Source: Minutocellus sp. GHC0000111 (Eukaryota). From it: DNA of 64,000 nt. Below the pieces are notes generated by a model. That model ran no database searches. It was not told the origin of the DNA and worked only from the letters and a program-made list of their open reading frames with translations. How positions within the stretch are numbered: the stretch's first letter is position 1; each line of letters opens with the position of its first letter. Below, piece after piece: positions 21,871-35,690 of the stretch. The stretch spans positions 2,604,001 through 2,668,000 of the forward strand of contig OZ361256.1 of NCBI GenBank assembly GCA_977018835.1, given 5' to 3'. The translations under genes and the position numbers were made by a program.

Positions 21871-24800
21871 TTACACGCCCTTCTTTCCGGCCGAGCTGAG
21901 CGGATCGATTTTGCTCTCTCGATCAATCATTTCAAAGATACGAGCTGCCGCTTCCTTGGCCTTCTCGCGCTTGGTAATTCCCATCATAGCCGCGGCCATG
22001 CCACTGAGACTGAACATCAGACTGAAGATGGAGATGAGAAAATCTCGGTAGGACCACACACCGGGCCAGCGATATAGCAAGAAGCCGCCCCACCAGAACC
22101 ATAGAGCCATGCACCACATCTGCATCGCAAAACCTAATCCAGTGGTGCAACTGCGAAGGAAGGTTGGCTTGATGAGACCATGTTCTTCCTCCTTTAAGGC
22201 CTTCTTGTACTCATCCGATCGTTGCTTTTCGATTGCGAGCGATGCGATAGTTCGAATGTTCATTAGGGTCTCCACGACGATTCCGCCAGGACTATTCTCG
22301 TCCTCCTTGAACACGTCATCTTCGCCCACGTATATCTTCATTTCGGCTTCGGCACCAAAGCTCATGGCGGGAAGGGTAAATAGTGTCAACAATGCAAAGG
22401 GCCACATAAAGACAAACGAAATGACCACACCAACGAGAACGCTACTCAGATTCATCACCAAGACACGGATAGGTTCGCCTGAGAAGGAGTGGATCAGAGC
22501 AGCGTCTTCCTCCAGGGCAGATGTAATTGACCCAACGGTTCGCTCATCGAAGTAGGCAGGTTCAATACGGATCAGAGCGTTGAAAGCGGCATCGCGAACT
22601 CTCTTGTTGATTCGCTCAGAAGCCGTTGAGAAACCCTGAAAAAGGAGCACATTGCCAATGACTGTTGCGGCAATGATGCCAATGTATCCGTAGGTGACTT
22701 GGAAGGACTTGAATTGCATGTGGTCAGCAGCCGCATCATAGTAGCCGTCGCAAAAGGCATCGCAATTGTTGTAGGACTCTGGCGGTGCCGATTCATCACA
22801 CATCAAAGAATCAAATCCTGGGGGCAAAAATGTCGCCGGAGCAAATTCATAAGGACAGGGGAAGATTGGGTAGTACAACGCTTCGAGCATAAATGCAAAG
22901 ATAATTCCCCAAGCGGGAAACATGAGGCCAGCGAGGAGAGCGCCGATGGATCCGACGAGAAAAAGACCCCATTCATTCTTTGCGAGACTACGTGCGCGCT
23001 TGGCATGCTCCTTGGCTAATCGTTCTTCGGCACTAGAAATGGAGGCATTTTCATTGTCAGAACCTTTCTTATCATCCTTGTCGGTCTCACCCTCCTCAAT
23101 ATCTTCGACTAGCTTCTTGCCCTTGCGATGTTTCTTTTTAGGACTGTCGGCGATGCTCTCGAGGGCATTTTCATTACTGTGCAAATCCTGGAGCTGGACC
23201 AGCCGACGGTATTTACCGTTCGGTTTCTCCATCAGCTCTTCGTGAGTACCGAGCTCACGGACCCGGCCAGAGTCAATAACAGCAATTCGCGATGCGTTGC
23301 GAATGGTCGAAAGTCTATGGGCGATGACAATAGTAGTTTGGTGACGAGATACCATGACCTTGTCGAGGGCCTCTTGCACAATCTGTTCCGACTCGGAGTC
23401 AAGAGCGCTACTGGCTTCGTCGAGCAATAGAATCTGCAATAATAATATTGATGCGGCATTGTGTGAAAAGGACATGTTAGATAAAAAGGAATGACTGTAA
23501 ATACGAAATGAAAATCCCCACTCCGTCTCACCTTTGGTCGCTTCAGAATGGCCCGTGCGATTGCGATGCGCTGTTTCTGGCCTCCTGACATCTGGGTTCC
23601 CTGCTGCCCAACATTGGTGTCGTACTTATCAGGGAAGGAAGAAATAAAGTGGTGGGCGTTGGCGAGCTTGCATGCGGCCTCCATTTCGGCGACGGAAGCA
23701 GATGGCAAACCATATTGCAGATTTTCGCGAATCGTGCCATTGAAGAGAACTGGCTCTTGGGATACTAGTCCCATTTGGTCACGGAGCCATGCTACATTCA
23801 ATTCCTTGATATTGATTCCTTCGAATTCGACAGCTCCAATGTCTGGATCATAGAATCGCTCGATGAGTTGGACAACTGACGACTTGCCTCCTCCACTTGT
23901 CCCAACGAGCGCAAGAGTTTCACCCTGACGGACACTAAGGTTGAGGCCGGTAAAGATGGGGTTCTCAGGTCGGCTAGGGTAGGCAAAGTGAACGTTGCGG
24001 AATCGGATCTGTGGGGCGTCGATATTGTTTCCGTTGGCAGCGACAAAACTTGACTGACGCTTCTGAATGGACTGCTGAACAATGGCTTCCGAGGGACGGC
24101 GGTTGGTCTGAGCCTCCACTAATCGCCGATACTGCGAGGTTGACTTGGCCATGAGCGAATCATGAGTGCCGGTCTCAACCACTCGTCCCTTGTCGACAAC
24201 AGCGATCATGTCGGCGTTCTTGATGGTGGACAAGCGGTGCGCAATAACAATGGTCGTTCGGTTCTTGGTCTCCAGAAGGGATTCCAACGCTCTTTGGACG
24301 ATACGCTCTGATTCTGAGTCAAGGGCTGCCGTGGCCTCATCCAATAGAAGAATTTTTGGCTGCATCACAAGCACACGCGCCAAGGCTACTCGTTGTTTTT
24401 GTCCTCCTGAGAGCTGTGCGCCCTTGTCACCACACAGAGTGTCGTAGCCCTTGGGAAAGGACATGATGAAATCATGGGCATTGGCCATTCTCGCGGCCTC
24501 CTCAATTTGGCTCTGAGTGGCACCGGGGCATCCATAGGCAATGTTCTCTCGGATCGTCTTGGCAAATAGAACGGGTTCCTGTGAGACAAGGCCAATCTGC
24601 TGACGCCACCAACGAACGTTGAGACGACGAATATCAACCCCGTCCAACGATATAGATCCAGAAGCGCAATCATAGAATCGCTCTAGCAGAGCAACAGCGC
24701 TGGACTTGCCAGACCCAGATGGGCCGACCAGGGCCACCGTAGTTCCGGGTTTGACGTGCAGAGTGAATCCATTGAAGATGGTGGCTTCCATCCGAGTTGG

Positions 24801-26219
24801 ATATGCAAAGGTGACATTCCGAAAGTCGATGGCACCCCGAACTTGCTTCAGTTTCATACCATCCGGCGAGGACGAATCAATGGCATAGGTCGACAGTACC
24901 ACGGATTTCCGGTGAGTAATCGATTTGGTTCTAGTTGTCGTGCTTCTCCGCCGATCTACCGCATGGACAACTTCTCCCTGGCCTCCACTTCCCTCCTGTT
25001 GCTGCTCATCATTATCATCATCTTGTCCCACCTTGCGATTGATGGCCGTCACAGCCGGCGAACAAGCGCCTCGAGCAATGGTGAAGGCCTCGAATGCAGC
25101 CGACATTTGAGGAAGTCCAGAAGCTGCCATTGTAGCACCCATCAAAGCACCAAATACGTCCATCGCCGAGGTAGCACAGGTATCATTGTCCGGGATAGTT
25201 CCAGATGGATCACACCCAGTCTGCCGGACGGCATCGTACAGCAGGTACACTCCAAACAGCGTCAACAGGACATATGAAAAGATGAAGCTGGCCATGACAC
25301 TGCCGTTGGCCAGTCCAATCCACGGAATAAAGCCCACCGCTGCCCTATATGCCTTGAGAGTGGCCTGCTTGTATTTGTTCAGCATCGTTCGGCATGCATT
25401 CAAGCTTAGCACCGTCTTGATGGATGATACCGTGGTGTACACAATGCTCCCAGCCTCTTCATAATTCTTGGTGGAACGACTCGTCTGACCCTGAGTGACT
25501 TTGAGCATGAACCATGCACTTCCAGCCATGAAGGGCACCACCGTCAATGTAATCAACGTCGTCTTCCAGCTGGCATACAGCGCATAGGCCATGCCACCAA
25601 TCAGGGTAATGAAGAATTGAATCCCCTCTCCCAACTTGCGCCCAACGCCCTTGTTGTACTTTTGCGCTTGGGCCGAGATCAACGTCGCTGTTCCAGCCAC
25701 GTCCTTCAAATCATAGTACGCCATATCCATCCTCAATAGGGCATCGAACCACCGTGTCTTGAGCGACATGGTCATCTCCGCTGCGGCAATCTCCAGTAAG
25801 GTGTTCTGAGCCGTCATGGAGACGAAGCTCAGGGCGCCCAAGCCGAGGAAGATGAATGATTGCATACGAATCCCCTCAATAAAGTCGGGCGCGGTGGGAT
25901 CGCTTCCAAGCACTTCAAAGATTCGCGCCCACACGAATGCCATGGCGGGATAGATGCATCCGCTGATACAAGCCAGGAACCAACCCGCGGCGAGGCAGGG
26001 GACCTTGAGCCGACTCTCGCCGAAGCTAAAGGTGTCGTGGATTGTGGCCAGTTCGCCTACTTTGTCCTTGTCGGATTCGGAGCCGTCATCGCTGCTGCTT
26101 CCCGACGTGGAGGAATCGCCACTGGTGGTTCGTGTATCCTTCTCGGAATAGCGCGGGCGAGCTGCAGCCTCCTCCTCGTCGAGGTAGGCGTCGGCATCGC
26201 TGCCGGCGACGCGAGCCAT
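21871..26219 (-). CDS. ABCB/MDR-type full transporter in TMD-NBD-NBD-TMD order; complement(join(21871..23433,23532..26219)), about 1416 aa
   Basis: Walker A GPSGSGKS and GTSGGGKS; signatures LSGGQ and MSGGQ; two LLLDEA motifs; 98-bp GT-AG intron joins [10 protein letters not shown]. Confidence 0.9.
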
Positions 26220-26528
26220 ATTTAATTTCAGGAAGATACGATCGAAAGATACGCCGCGTAGAAGAACTGGGACAAAAGCGTTTGCGTGCGTTCAGGCCAC
26301 TTTGGGGATATTTATGCGAAGAACAGTGCTGAGACGTGTGTATCCACGGCTCAATGGTTCATCTTTCTCGACCACTTGACTTGACTTGGCATCTGGCCAG
26401 TTCTCTTTTGTTCTTGGCTTGAGCTTTCGGCCGCGAAATTTGATGTGGGACCGCCCGTTTCTTTCAGACATCATTTTTGCGTCATCCCCTTTTCACGCCA
26501 GCAGCACAACCATTTTTTGGCAACAACC

Positions 26529-27443
26529 ATGAGCGAAGCCGCCACCGTAAAGTGCGCTCCGAGCAAGAACCTCAATGTAGGGTTCACCCACTTCGCCACG
26601 GCAAAGGAGCTGTATGCTCATCTGTGAGTATTCGGTCGCGACGCACGCATGAATCTACTTTCTTTTTGTCATCACCGATGGCTGTGGCTTGCGTGGTTTA
26701 GTGAATGAAAGAACTTCCCTCACCAGCTTGGAAGTTATGTACTCTCTGTGCTGCCTACGGTACCTTCTTCCATCGATCCGTGGTAAACCATGTCCCTTGA
26801 TATACTTAGCGTACTCATAAACAACCCTCGCCCTTTTGTCAATTCCTGTTTCCACGTACACATGCATGCATGATGCAGGCGCGAGATTACCAAGCCAGGC
26901 GGCGAGTTCGTCGTGCGCAATTTCGTGGGTGTGATCGAGGATATCTCTCCCGAGGCATCGCTGGTAGAAACTGAACTTTTCCCTCGCGGTGCCTTGGAGT
27001 ATTACACAAAGAAAAATATGGGTTGGGACTACACCGAGGAGGAATGTAAGCAATGGCAGCTCAACGAGAGAGGTGGTGCTCAGGGTGATTATCGCGAGGG
27101 TATGCAGAAGAAGATTGCCAACGTCATTGACTGCCTGAGAACGGAGCCATTGTCCAAGCGTGCGGTAATTCCCATTCCTTTGAACAGTGAGGGAAGCGAG
27201 ACTGTGGATTGGACCGACCAGGGACAGAACAAGTGCTGCCGTGAACTTCATTTGTACTTGGAGGACGGAAAGCTCAAGTGCACGGGCATTGTTCGGATGC
27301 AGAATGCAAACATATTTGTAAAGAATATCCACTTGTTTGCTACCTTGATTGACCATGTGGCCAAAGAGCTCAAGGTCCCCCTGGGCGAATATACTCATTT
27401 TATTACCAATTTATGCCATGATCGATCTGCTACCAGCTGTTGA
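26529..27443 (+). CDS. Stand-alone divergent thymidylate-synthase-fold protein; join(26529..26623,26879..27443), about 219 aa
   Basis: KIANVIDCLRTEPLSKRAVIPI...KCCRELHLYLEDGKLKCTGIVRMQN...NIHLFATL...VAKELKVPLGEYTHFITN follows the TS core spacing; GTGAGT...GCAG intron keeps the frame. Confidence 0.65.
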
Positions 27444-27551
27444 GTATCCAGCTGTTGAGTTGATCTATCAATAGATAAGTCAATTCATTCACATCTTTGA
27501 ATATAGCTGTTGAGTATCGAAAATTTCGATCCATATCGTTTTAAAATTTAT

Positions 27552-27966
27552 TTATAACTCCTCATGGTGGTATCGTTCGCCATAATCGTAGTCCGCATGG
27601 TAATGCAACTCCAATCCATCTGAAAGCATATGAACGGCTTGCTTGATGAAAGGAACGGATCCATAGATGACTGCCCAAACCAATGCCACCCAAATAAAAC
27701 TCAGCTGTATGGGAACATTCTTCCGACCGTGTGGCATTACAAGCAGATCGTGCGTCAAGTGTACTGCAGCCAGCGGTCCAATCATGAGTCGGAAATAAGC
27801 ATATACAAATGCGTAGGCAGGTTCAATGATGGTATGCAGCATCATCATCGTCGGTCCATTGCAGCAGTTGAGCTTGATTGCGAAACGCGTTACGAACAAA
27901 CCATTCATGAACGGATTCGAGATTTCGCCACAGAAAATCATCATCAAGGCACTCAAATGCCCAGCG
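27552..27966 (-). pseudogene. 3' fragment of TLC paralog B, cut by the duplication junction
   Basis: Matches 41372-41786; 5' part absent. Confidence 0.9.
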
Positions 27967-28697
27967 TGTTGTCAAGCACAATGGATGGATTTTCCGTGAT
28001 ATGCCTAGGAGAAATTTTTGACAGGACAGAGAAGAAAATTGATCGTTAGAGCACGACGTGGATATCCAGGAAATTGATCGTTAGAGCACGACGTGGATAT
28101 CGTGGATATCCAGGATTCGGCTTACCTAGCAAGCATGACAGAGGCCGGCCACATTACATTCCCAACGTCGTGAGTGTCAGTCTCCTTCTCCGATGTGACC
28201 TGATGGACCATAATATTGAGGTTATCCTGATCTATGGTGTCTTCAGAAATGGGAAGATCAAAACTCAAAGGCAAGCGACTCTGCAATTCCTTCTCGCAAT
28301 ATGGCTCATTGCGGTCCTTGGACTCCAGAGCAGACATGTTCTTCTGCAAATCGGCAACAATGGTCTGGATCCGCGCGTCGTCATCTCTGCCTTCCACAGT
28401 TAGTTCGTCGAGGCAGCTCGAAAAGTTTTCGGAGCATGAGACTTCCTCAAACAGGGTGATGTCCTGATCAGTCAACTTTTGAATCATTGTAACGACTCGT
28501 AAGGTGTCGGGCTTTGCACCGGATTCATCGTTGGCAGAAACATTGCTGAGTGACTCTTGTAGACAACTTACTACCTCATTGGCAAGGCCGATGCCTTGCT
28601 TGCCTTCGGCATCCTCTTCGAGGCATTTTCGGCGGAGTAGCGCGACACTGCGGGATGATCCAGAGGCAGCTTCGAATGTTGCAAGGGTAGTATTCAT
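27967..28697 (-). pseudogene. 5' fragment of the methyltransferase, truncated at the junction
   Basis: Exon 1, intron and start of exon 2; reads VLDN-TLGI* across the junction, stopping before the SAM-binding motif. Confidence 0.9.
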
Positions 28698-28872
28698 GGC
28701 AGCAGTAGGAGGAGGGCATTCAAAGCGGCAGAGGGGCGAGTTGTTTCTTTCTGTCTCAAAAAATGCATGATGCGGCCTTCAGTCAAGCCTGCTGTTGTGG
28801 CGCCTTGACTGCTTTTTTCTCGCGTGCGTGTGAGCACCGTCGCTCTCGGCCGGGCAAATTCGGTGGTTGTGG

Positions 28873-31800
28873 TAGATAAAATCAGCCAGGGAATTCAGTG
28901 TTCATAAGAAGAGGCTGCCTTACATGCTCGAATGCGCTGAGTAGTTAACCGGTTATGCGGGTGCGAGTCCCGTAGCATTCTTTTAGCAGTATTGGGAATT
29001 CGTATTCCTGGCAGAATTCGACTATGGAGAATGCTACTGCGAGACACGCAGTGTGAGCAGCACTTGCAGCGAGGTCGCGTTTGAGGTAGCGGAGTGGCTC
29101 ATAACCTGAGAGGAGCTCGGGTTCGATTCCCTTGAGGAGGCAGATTTCCCGGTTAGTGGCAGTCAGATCCAGGCAGTCTGGATGCAGCCACTAAGGGGAG
29201 TACCTTTCGGTTTCAGAGGATTTGTAGAGGGTATACCAATAACCCCTAAAAAAGGTCATTCTTGCACCCATTTCTCATTTCCCACCACGTGTTTTGTTAG
29301 TCGATGTTCTCTTCGGGAGGAACGCAAACACTCCTCAACTCGTGGATGTCTACTGGATCTGCTCATTCAGTAGGTTGCCACCGACCAGCAGTATCCACTG
29401 AATTCGCAGGTCCAGTAGATTCTGGCAGGAACACATGCATTTTTTGGTCCCCCGCACACCCTCACCGCCGCAACCCGCAAATTTTGTGACGATGACGACG
29501 ACGACCAACCAGACCACGCCCAAAAAACACAAACGCAGCAGAACTTCGTTCTCAGGGAGCAAGAGAGGCAACACCAAGGCATCCAGGAAGGCGGCAGAGG
29601 CGGCAGCTGAGCCGAAAACACCATCGCCGAGCGCAAACACGTCGAAGAAGCGGGGCCACGGTCAAATTCGCCCGCGCCAAAAACCGTCACCGTCGTCGGC
29701 GAAGAAGAGGACGGCCCCTCCTCCTGTCCCCATGGCCTTTCTCCTTGCAGCAGATGTCATTCGAAGGGCTGGTAAGGATCTGTGGTGGAGAGCAACCCCC
29801 GATTCCTGCGGCAAAGATGACATTTGTGTTGGTTCTCGGCAGAAATGGGAAGAAGACACGTCCTCCCTGCTTTCATCGAGGCCGACTTGTTGCGTTCCAA
29901 GTCCGTCGGTGGAGGAAAATATGAGCTGCAGCACAACGAGGAAAAATGGCAGGACATGCAGCAACATCTCAAGGAGCATTGTAGTTTGAAGTTGCACTTG
30001 TCGACGCATCGGCCGAGAGGGAAGACAAGACGCAGAGGGCGCTTTCGATCTCAACCTTCACCTTCTCTCCATTGCTGTCAGGAGTGTGTCGCTTGAGACT
30101 CGAGATCTTTTGATTGTAGCCAACAGCGGCATGCTTGCGACTTTTTGCCTGACCGTCGGATTTACAGTCCTCGCATTGAAGTTCCAATCGCTCTGTGACA
30201 AACTCAGAAAGGCCGTAGATTTCGGCAATGTGGTCGCAAAGATGGCCGGCGGTCATGTCAGCATTCTCGTCGTAAATGTCGCGCCAATCTTTGTCATTTT
30301 TTAGCGCATCGTTGACCTTAGCATCTGGAGAGAAATTCTGATTACGCGTAAGCTTTTCCACCTTCTGCTCCCTGGCGACTCTCTTGATCATGATGCGCCC
30401 ATTGAAATCAACGTCTTTGGTTTCATCCTTCATTGGTCGGCCAACAACTCCAAGATGCATGACTTTGACAGGGTGTCTTCTGGATCGAATTTTCGGGCTT
30501 GCCTCGGAAGCATGGATAGACGCGAGGTTCGGACTGCTTAGTTCTTCGTCAGAAAGTGGCAACATCTTGATCTTTCGTCGCCGAGCAGCAGTGCAAAACC
30601 ACTTTTCATCAAGATACGCTACAGGAATGTTGGGATCGGTCGTAATGTCCTCCCACTTTTCGATCCAATCAAGTCGCTTCCTACAATGTTCGGGGGTGAG
30701 CCTCGGCTTCTCGATCGACGACTTCTCCTTGCCGCCTTGCTTTTTCCACCAGCGAAAAAGCTGAAGACGATGGAGACTAATTGTCAGCCTGTCTTCATCT
30801 GGAGTAGCTGATTTTGCGCTCATGCAGTCAGCTAGCTCCTTAAAGGTTGCCATCGCACCCTTCATCCGAGCAGCATGCCGATGCAGCTCGCGGAGATGTC
30901 CTGGCTCCTTCTCCTCGATCATGTCCGTGTGTGCCTTCCTTCCACGAACCTCCTTTCTGCCGATGGGATTGCTGATGCCATCAGCAAGGCTTTTGTAGAG
31001 CTGGTCTCTCCACTTGTAAAGCTGAGAACCACCGGTTGACTTGGCATGACCGTGATCGCACGCAACTTGCCGACACGCGGCAGTTGCAATTTGTTGCCGG
31101 TCTTCACACGTGCGAGTTGGGTCGCCGTGTCCCCACCAATCCGCGAGAGCCACGGCGCTGAACCGCATTCTTTCATTCGCCTGCTTTTCTTTTCTGATTG
31201 GTATTGGTTCGGTGACGGTTGCATTGGGACGAGGAGGACGGAGCATGTCATCGTTGGCCATCCGAACAACAAAGTCGAGGCCGAGAGCGACCTTTACCTG
31301 TTCATCAATGTCACTGGAGGTGGCACAGACAACGGAAGTATCATTGGGGGAGGCTGCAGCTGCTTCAGTGGCGGAAGTATCACCAGTTCCCTTCAGCATG
31401 CTGAGGAGACTTGCTGGCATCCAACCCAGTTTCTTGGCCTCGTCGACTAGTGACTTTGTGCTCTTGCTTCGCAATGCGCTGACTGTGCCTCCTTTCTGTG
31501 AGCTAGCTGACAACCTCTCACCTAGCTTAGTAGCTAAGACAGTCGAGCGCCCAGAGAACAGAACTTCATCGGGATTTCTTTTCTCGTGCACCTTCTGTCC
31601 CTCCGGTCCAGAGAATTTCGGGTGGTTGTCCTCCTTCTTTTTACGCAACCTGTGAGCACAAACATAAAGGGAGCATCGCGGTCAGAAGAATGATGCGAAT
31701 GCTCTTGACAAGACTGTGATGAAAGTATGGGCCAATGTCGCATCAAAAGAGGCCTTTCTCAATGTATTTGGAAAACTTCCAGTGATGTATAACAACATCA

Positions 31801-32457
31801 AGAGAAGTCGTGGCGGTAACAATCTTGTGGAGACCAGACGGGGAAAGGCTGGTCTCGCAAAAATTGCCGAGGAAGAAGCTGAAGAGGATGGTGAACCACT
31901 CTGGCCAATTGATGCTCCCGGCGAAGATGATGACATTGAGGACGACATAGATGAAAATGATGAAGACGATGGAGTCATTGATTTGCTATAACTTATCATA
32001 GCATGTCCATTTCTATTCATTACATTTTGATTTGGTGCTTCCAAAAATGTATTTTTTCCCGGGGTGAGGAATGCAAATGTCGAAAAAAATCATCACATAA
32101 TGTACATTTATTGGTTCTGGTGCACAATATCTCTCGACTATATGTAGAAGTTGGTGACCATAACTTGGTTCTTGCCCCGACTTCCATCTTGGCCGTCATT
32201 TATTCCTCGGAGTTAGAAAAAGTGAGCTTGGATTTTTGGTCTGGTGTGGTCGTGTTTCTAATACGTCATCATCACGTCACTTTCAATTCCTCTGAACTCG
32301 AAAGGTAGATAAAATCAGCCAGGGAATTCAGTGTTCATAAGAAGAGGCTGCCTTACGTGCTCGAATGCGCTGAGTAGTTAACCGGTTATGCGGGTGCGAG
32401 TCCTGTAGCATTCTTTTAGCAGTATTGGGAATTCGTATTCCTGGCAGAATTCGACCA
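28873..32457 (+). mobile_element. TRIM-like element, duplicate copy
   Basis: Same as 15053-18637 at +13820. Confidence 0.6.
29203..32305 (+). mobile_element. Tc1/mariner-type transposon, duplicate copy
   Basis: Same TIRs, flanking TA and ORFs at +13820. Confidence 0.9.
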
Positions 32458-32662
32458 TGTCTTCATTTCATTAAATCAACAGAATCAAATTTCAAAACAC
32501 ATAAAAAAGTGCAAACCGAAGTGCTTCCCGCGCAAGCTGCTTCCCGCATGTGCTTCCCCAGCGCCCTGAGACTCCAACCAAGTTGGATCTAATCTCACTG
32601 TGGGCCCGGACCTCCTTGAGGCTCCGGCACTGGCTGGGTACATCCACAACGGTGCGTCCAGC

Positions 32663-33646
32663 TCACCTACGGTGCATCCACTTCTCCGCTTGGGCATCCT
32701 TCTTGACGCCCGACAGAATCTTGGTCAACATGTCGGCGATGTTGAACTTGCCGTGGGTAAACCCCACCATCCAAATCTTGGCAGCTGAAGCCTCACGGAC
32801 GGCATGGTAGCAGACACCCAGGTGCTTCTTGTTGAGCTTGGCCTCCGGCACCGATGCTCCGTTGGCGACGGACTTACTTGTTGTCGCACCATGCGGCCGC
32901 CCATCATGCGCAACTTATAGCGCAGATCCTTGACGAACTCGAGGCAGGTCCTCATCCCAACAATCTCGGAACCGAAGGTAGAAGACTCGATGGTAGCCTG
33001 ACGCTTGGAATGCCAGAAGATCGGAGAGCTGATTGGACGAAGATCAGGATTCCGGCATGGCTGCGGCGGGTGAGACGGTCACCTGCGTGGTCGGCATCGA
33101 CCCATCCATGCGTTGATCTCAACGGGCTTACCGAGCGGGGTAGGGGCATCGCTCGGTACCTCCTCCTTAACGTCACCGTAGAACTCGAACCAGTCGGCAT
33201 CCTTGGTGAACCTGCTGCTGAGCCTCTCGTCCTTGAGGAAGCCCATCGGCGGGCGCCGACTTCATCACGAGCTTGGAATTCTTGATCTTGTCGAGGTAGG
33301 CAACAACGATGTTGAGGGCCTCGTCAAGGTGACCCTGACGGGGTGTGCGGCGATTTGGATTCAGGCGCCGATTCTGCCTCGACGACAGCATTACACGATC
33401 ATGAGCCTCAAAATCACGCCGCTTCTGGCTACGAGCCTCGGCCTTGGCATGACTCTGTCACTGTTGGGATCCCAGTGTAAACTACTACTGGTGATCTCAA
33501 AGATCGGCAGCCGATCAAGCTCGTCGTCATCGGGCGAACTGATGCTAAATCCCGACGACACGCCATTGAGGGTAAAGGGGACTACTAGACGACCGTGCTC
33601 CTCGCTCTCCAGCACTGCACCGAAGTTTGAGGTCTCGTCATGTTGA
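32663..33646 (-). mobile_element. Copia relic, duplicate copy
   Basis: Same as 18843-19826 at +13820. Confidence 0.85.
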
Positions 33647-34045
33647 ACCCACGTCGTGTGGCGGCGTAATGCTATCAGTCGGAGCTGATAGATCTATCGA
33701 TATACAATTGTACTTGGCTAACTAGCCCTATAACTTAGCTAACGGTCCTCAGAGGACACCGTTGCAACGATGCTTCACAAGATGGGCCATTTCAGCCGTT
33801 GCCACTGACGCATCTGCTTACGTACGGCAGACGGACGAAAACCCCGGCTGACTTTCTCTAGTGGCGCAAAAAAGATGTGAGGTCTCTCGAACTGAACTCG
33901 GAGGTTGGCTGTCTCGGCGTCTCGGCCGAAAGGACGGGCGGCGGCGCGCGAAAGGACCGCCTCTGCGAAAAGATCTCAGTGCGTCACAATCAGTATCTTA
34001 GAATCTTCGTCTGGTGACATCGATCAATAGAAGCGAAGTGCCATC

Positions 34046-35519
34046 ATGCATACTGTACCTGCCTTCGTCGGCATCTCGATATCAGCGTTCGGCCTCAGCG
34101 GCGTCTGCGCCTTTTCAACAAGAGCATCTCCACTTATTCAGCCTAGAAACGTATCACCGCATTGGCGTTCTTCGGCGACATGCGTATCTTCAGCTTCTAC
34201 AAAGGCAATCCTGGAAGGAACCGGAATGCCCTCGAATGTTGGATGGCAGAGCGATAGGTTGAATCGACTCACAGAGTGGGCCGAGGATCAGAAACCCAAT
34301 CGTCCCATCATATGCGAATACAATCCCAGAGGACTTTGGCTTTGGACACGGTGGAAGGGTACGGTCCTCAAGGCTACCTGGGGGTTCGGTTCTGCTCGCA
34401 ATGTTGACTGGTCTTGTGATTGATTACTATGCACGAGGCCGATGTCTGTCCAACTACAAACTATCGTGGTCCCTTCTTGCCGTTCCATCGCAGTCTGAAC
34501 CACTGATACGGCGGCTGACAGGCGTCAAAAGGTTGTGGGAGCATCAGCTTTCCTTGGCCACCTTTATTCTCACGTTCTTTCTATCTCACGCCTTTGGTTA
34601 CTGGCAAAAGGTCTACAATTGCACGAGATGCATTCAGGGTCGCATCAATGATTTTTGTATGCTGCTGTCCATGGGTGCTGAACGCGGAATCGACGATGGG
34701 GCAAATCAATCGCCCCCTGCCCGAAGCAACGCATCAACAAATCCCAAAGGAGGTCGGGGCTTCAGCGACAAGTCACGAGAGCTGGTGGAGCTGTGCACAC
34801 GACTAATTCGTCTCTCCCATACCCTATTTTGGGCCCAGACTGCCACATCGAGCAATGGTTTGAGTGATTCCGAAGAATATTTGAAGGATGTTGAGAATTG
34901 TAATGTGCCCATTGACGACCAACACATTGGACCTTTGCTACTTTCCCCGTACGGATTGAAAGCTTTGGTCATTACCGGCCAGCTTACAAAGGAGGAAAGA
35001 GATGGATTGATGGGCACTGGACTACCACCGAGTCAAAATTGTTTCGTTTTACTGACCTGGACTGGAATGCATGTAATGGATGGCCTCAAGAATGGCCTAT
35101 TGCGAGGAGGGGCTGGTTACGAAGAGAATCTCTTTCGAAATTTGGCAGCTTGTCGTGCGAGCATGTTCGATATAGATGATTTCCGAGCAGGTAGAATGCC
35201 GCTCGCATACGTGCAAATGGTCCAGGTACTAGTGGATTCGCTTGTCATGATCGCCCCTTTTGCCCTATATCCCGAAACTGGTCTGCTTTCTGTACCACTC
35301 GCCGGCCTCTTGGCTTTGTTTTTCCGTGGTTTGCTGGCTTTGAGTAAGAGTTTCCTGGATCCATTTGGAGTAGAAGGCTTCAAGGAACAAAATATCCGTG
35401 TGGATGTGCTCGTCTCCGAGTTGAACTTTGGAGCCGCCAAGCGTTGGATTAGCGCTGGCGGCTTTCTGCCTCCAAAGCCGTCGAGAAGTGAGGCTGACAC
35501 AGCTGTATTAAGTAAATAA
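34046..35519 (+). pseudogene. Bestrophin-like channel, duplicate copy with the same frameshift (34380-34384)
   Basis: Protein identical except KPD/KPN. Confidence 0.75.
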
Positions 35520-35690
35520 CAAGGTGACAAGAGCAAGAAAATACGCTACGAACTCGTACCGAGCTTTTTCGCAGAGCGAGGTAGCTTGCTCTACTAGCTA
35601 GTAGCAGGGTGAGTAGCTAGCTGGAGGAAGGTGATACTAGCTAACTAGTAATTCCTCTAATCTATCGAAATAATCACAAATAATGTTCTA

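Larger units (their letters stand above)
14147..27966. repeat. 13,820-bp tandem segmental duplication, copy 1
   Basis: Sequence and ORFs recur at a constant +13820 offset. Confidence 0.97.

Noticed and set aside
27940..28010. Methyltransferase-TLC fusion protein at the duplication junction
   Set aside because: The junction is out of frame, with TGA four codons later.
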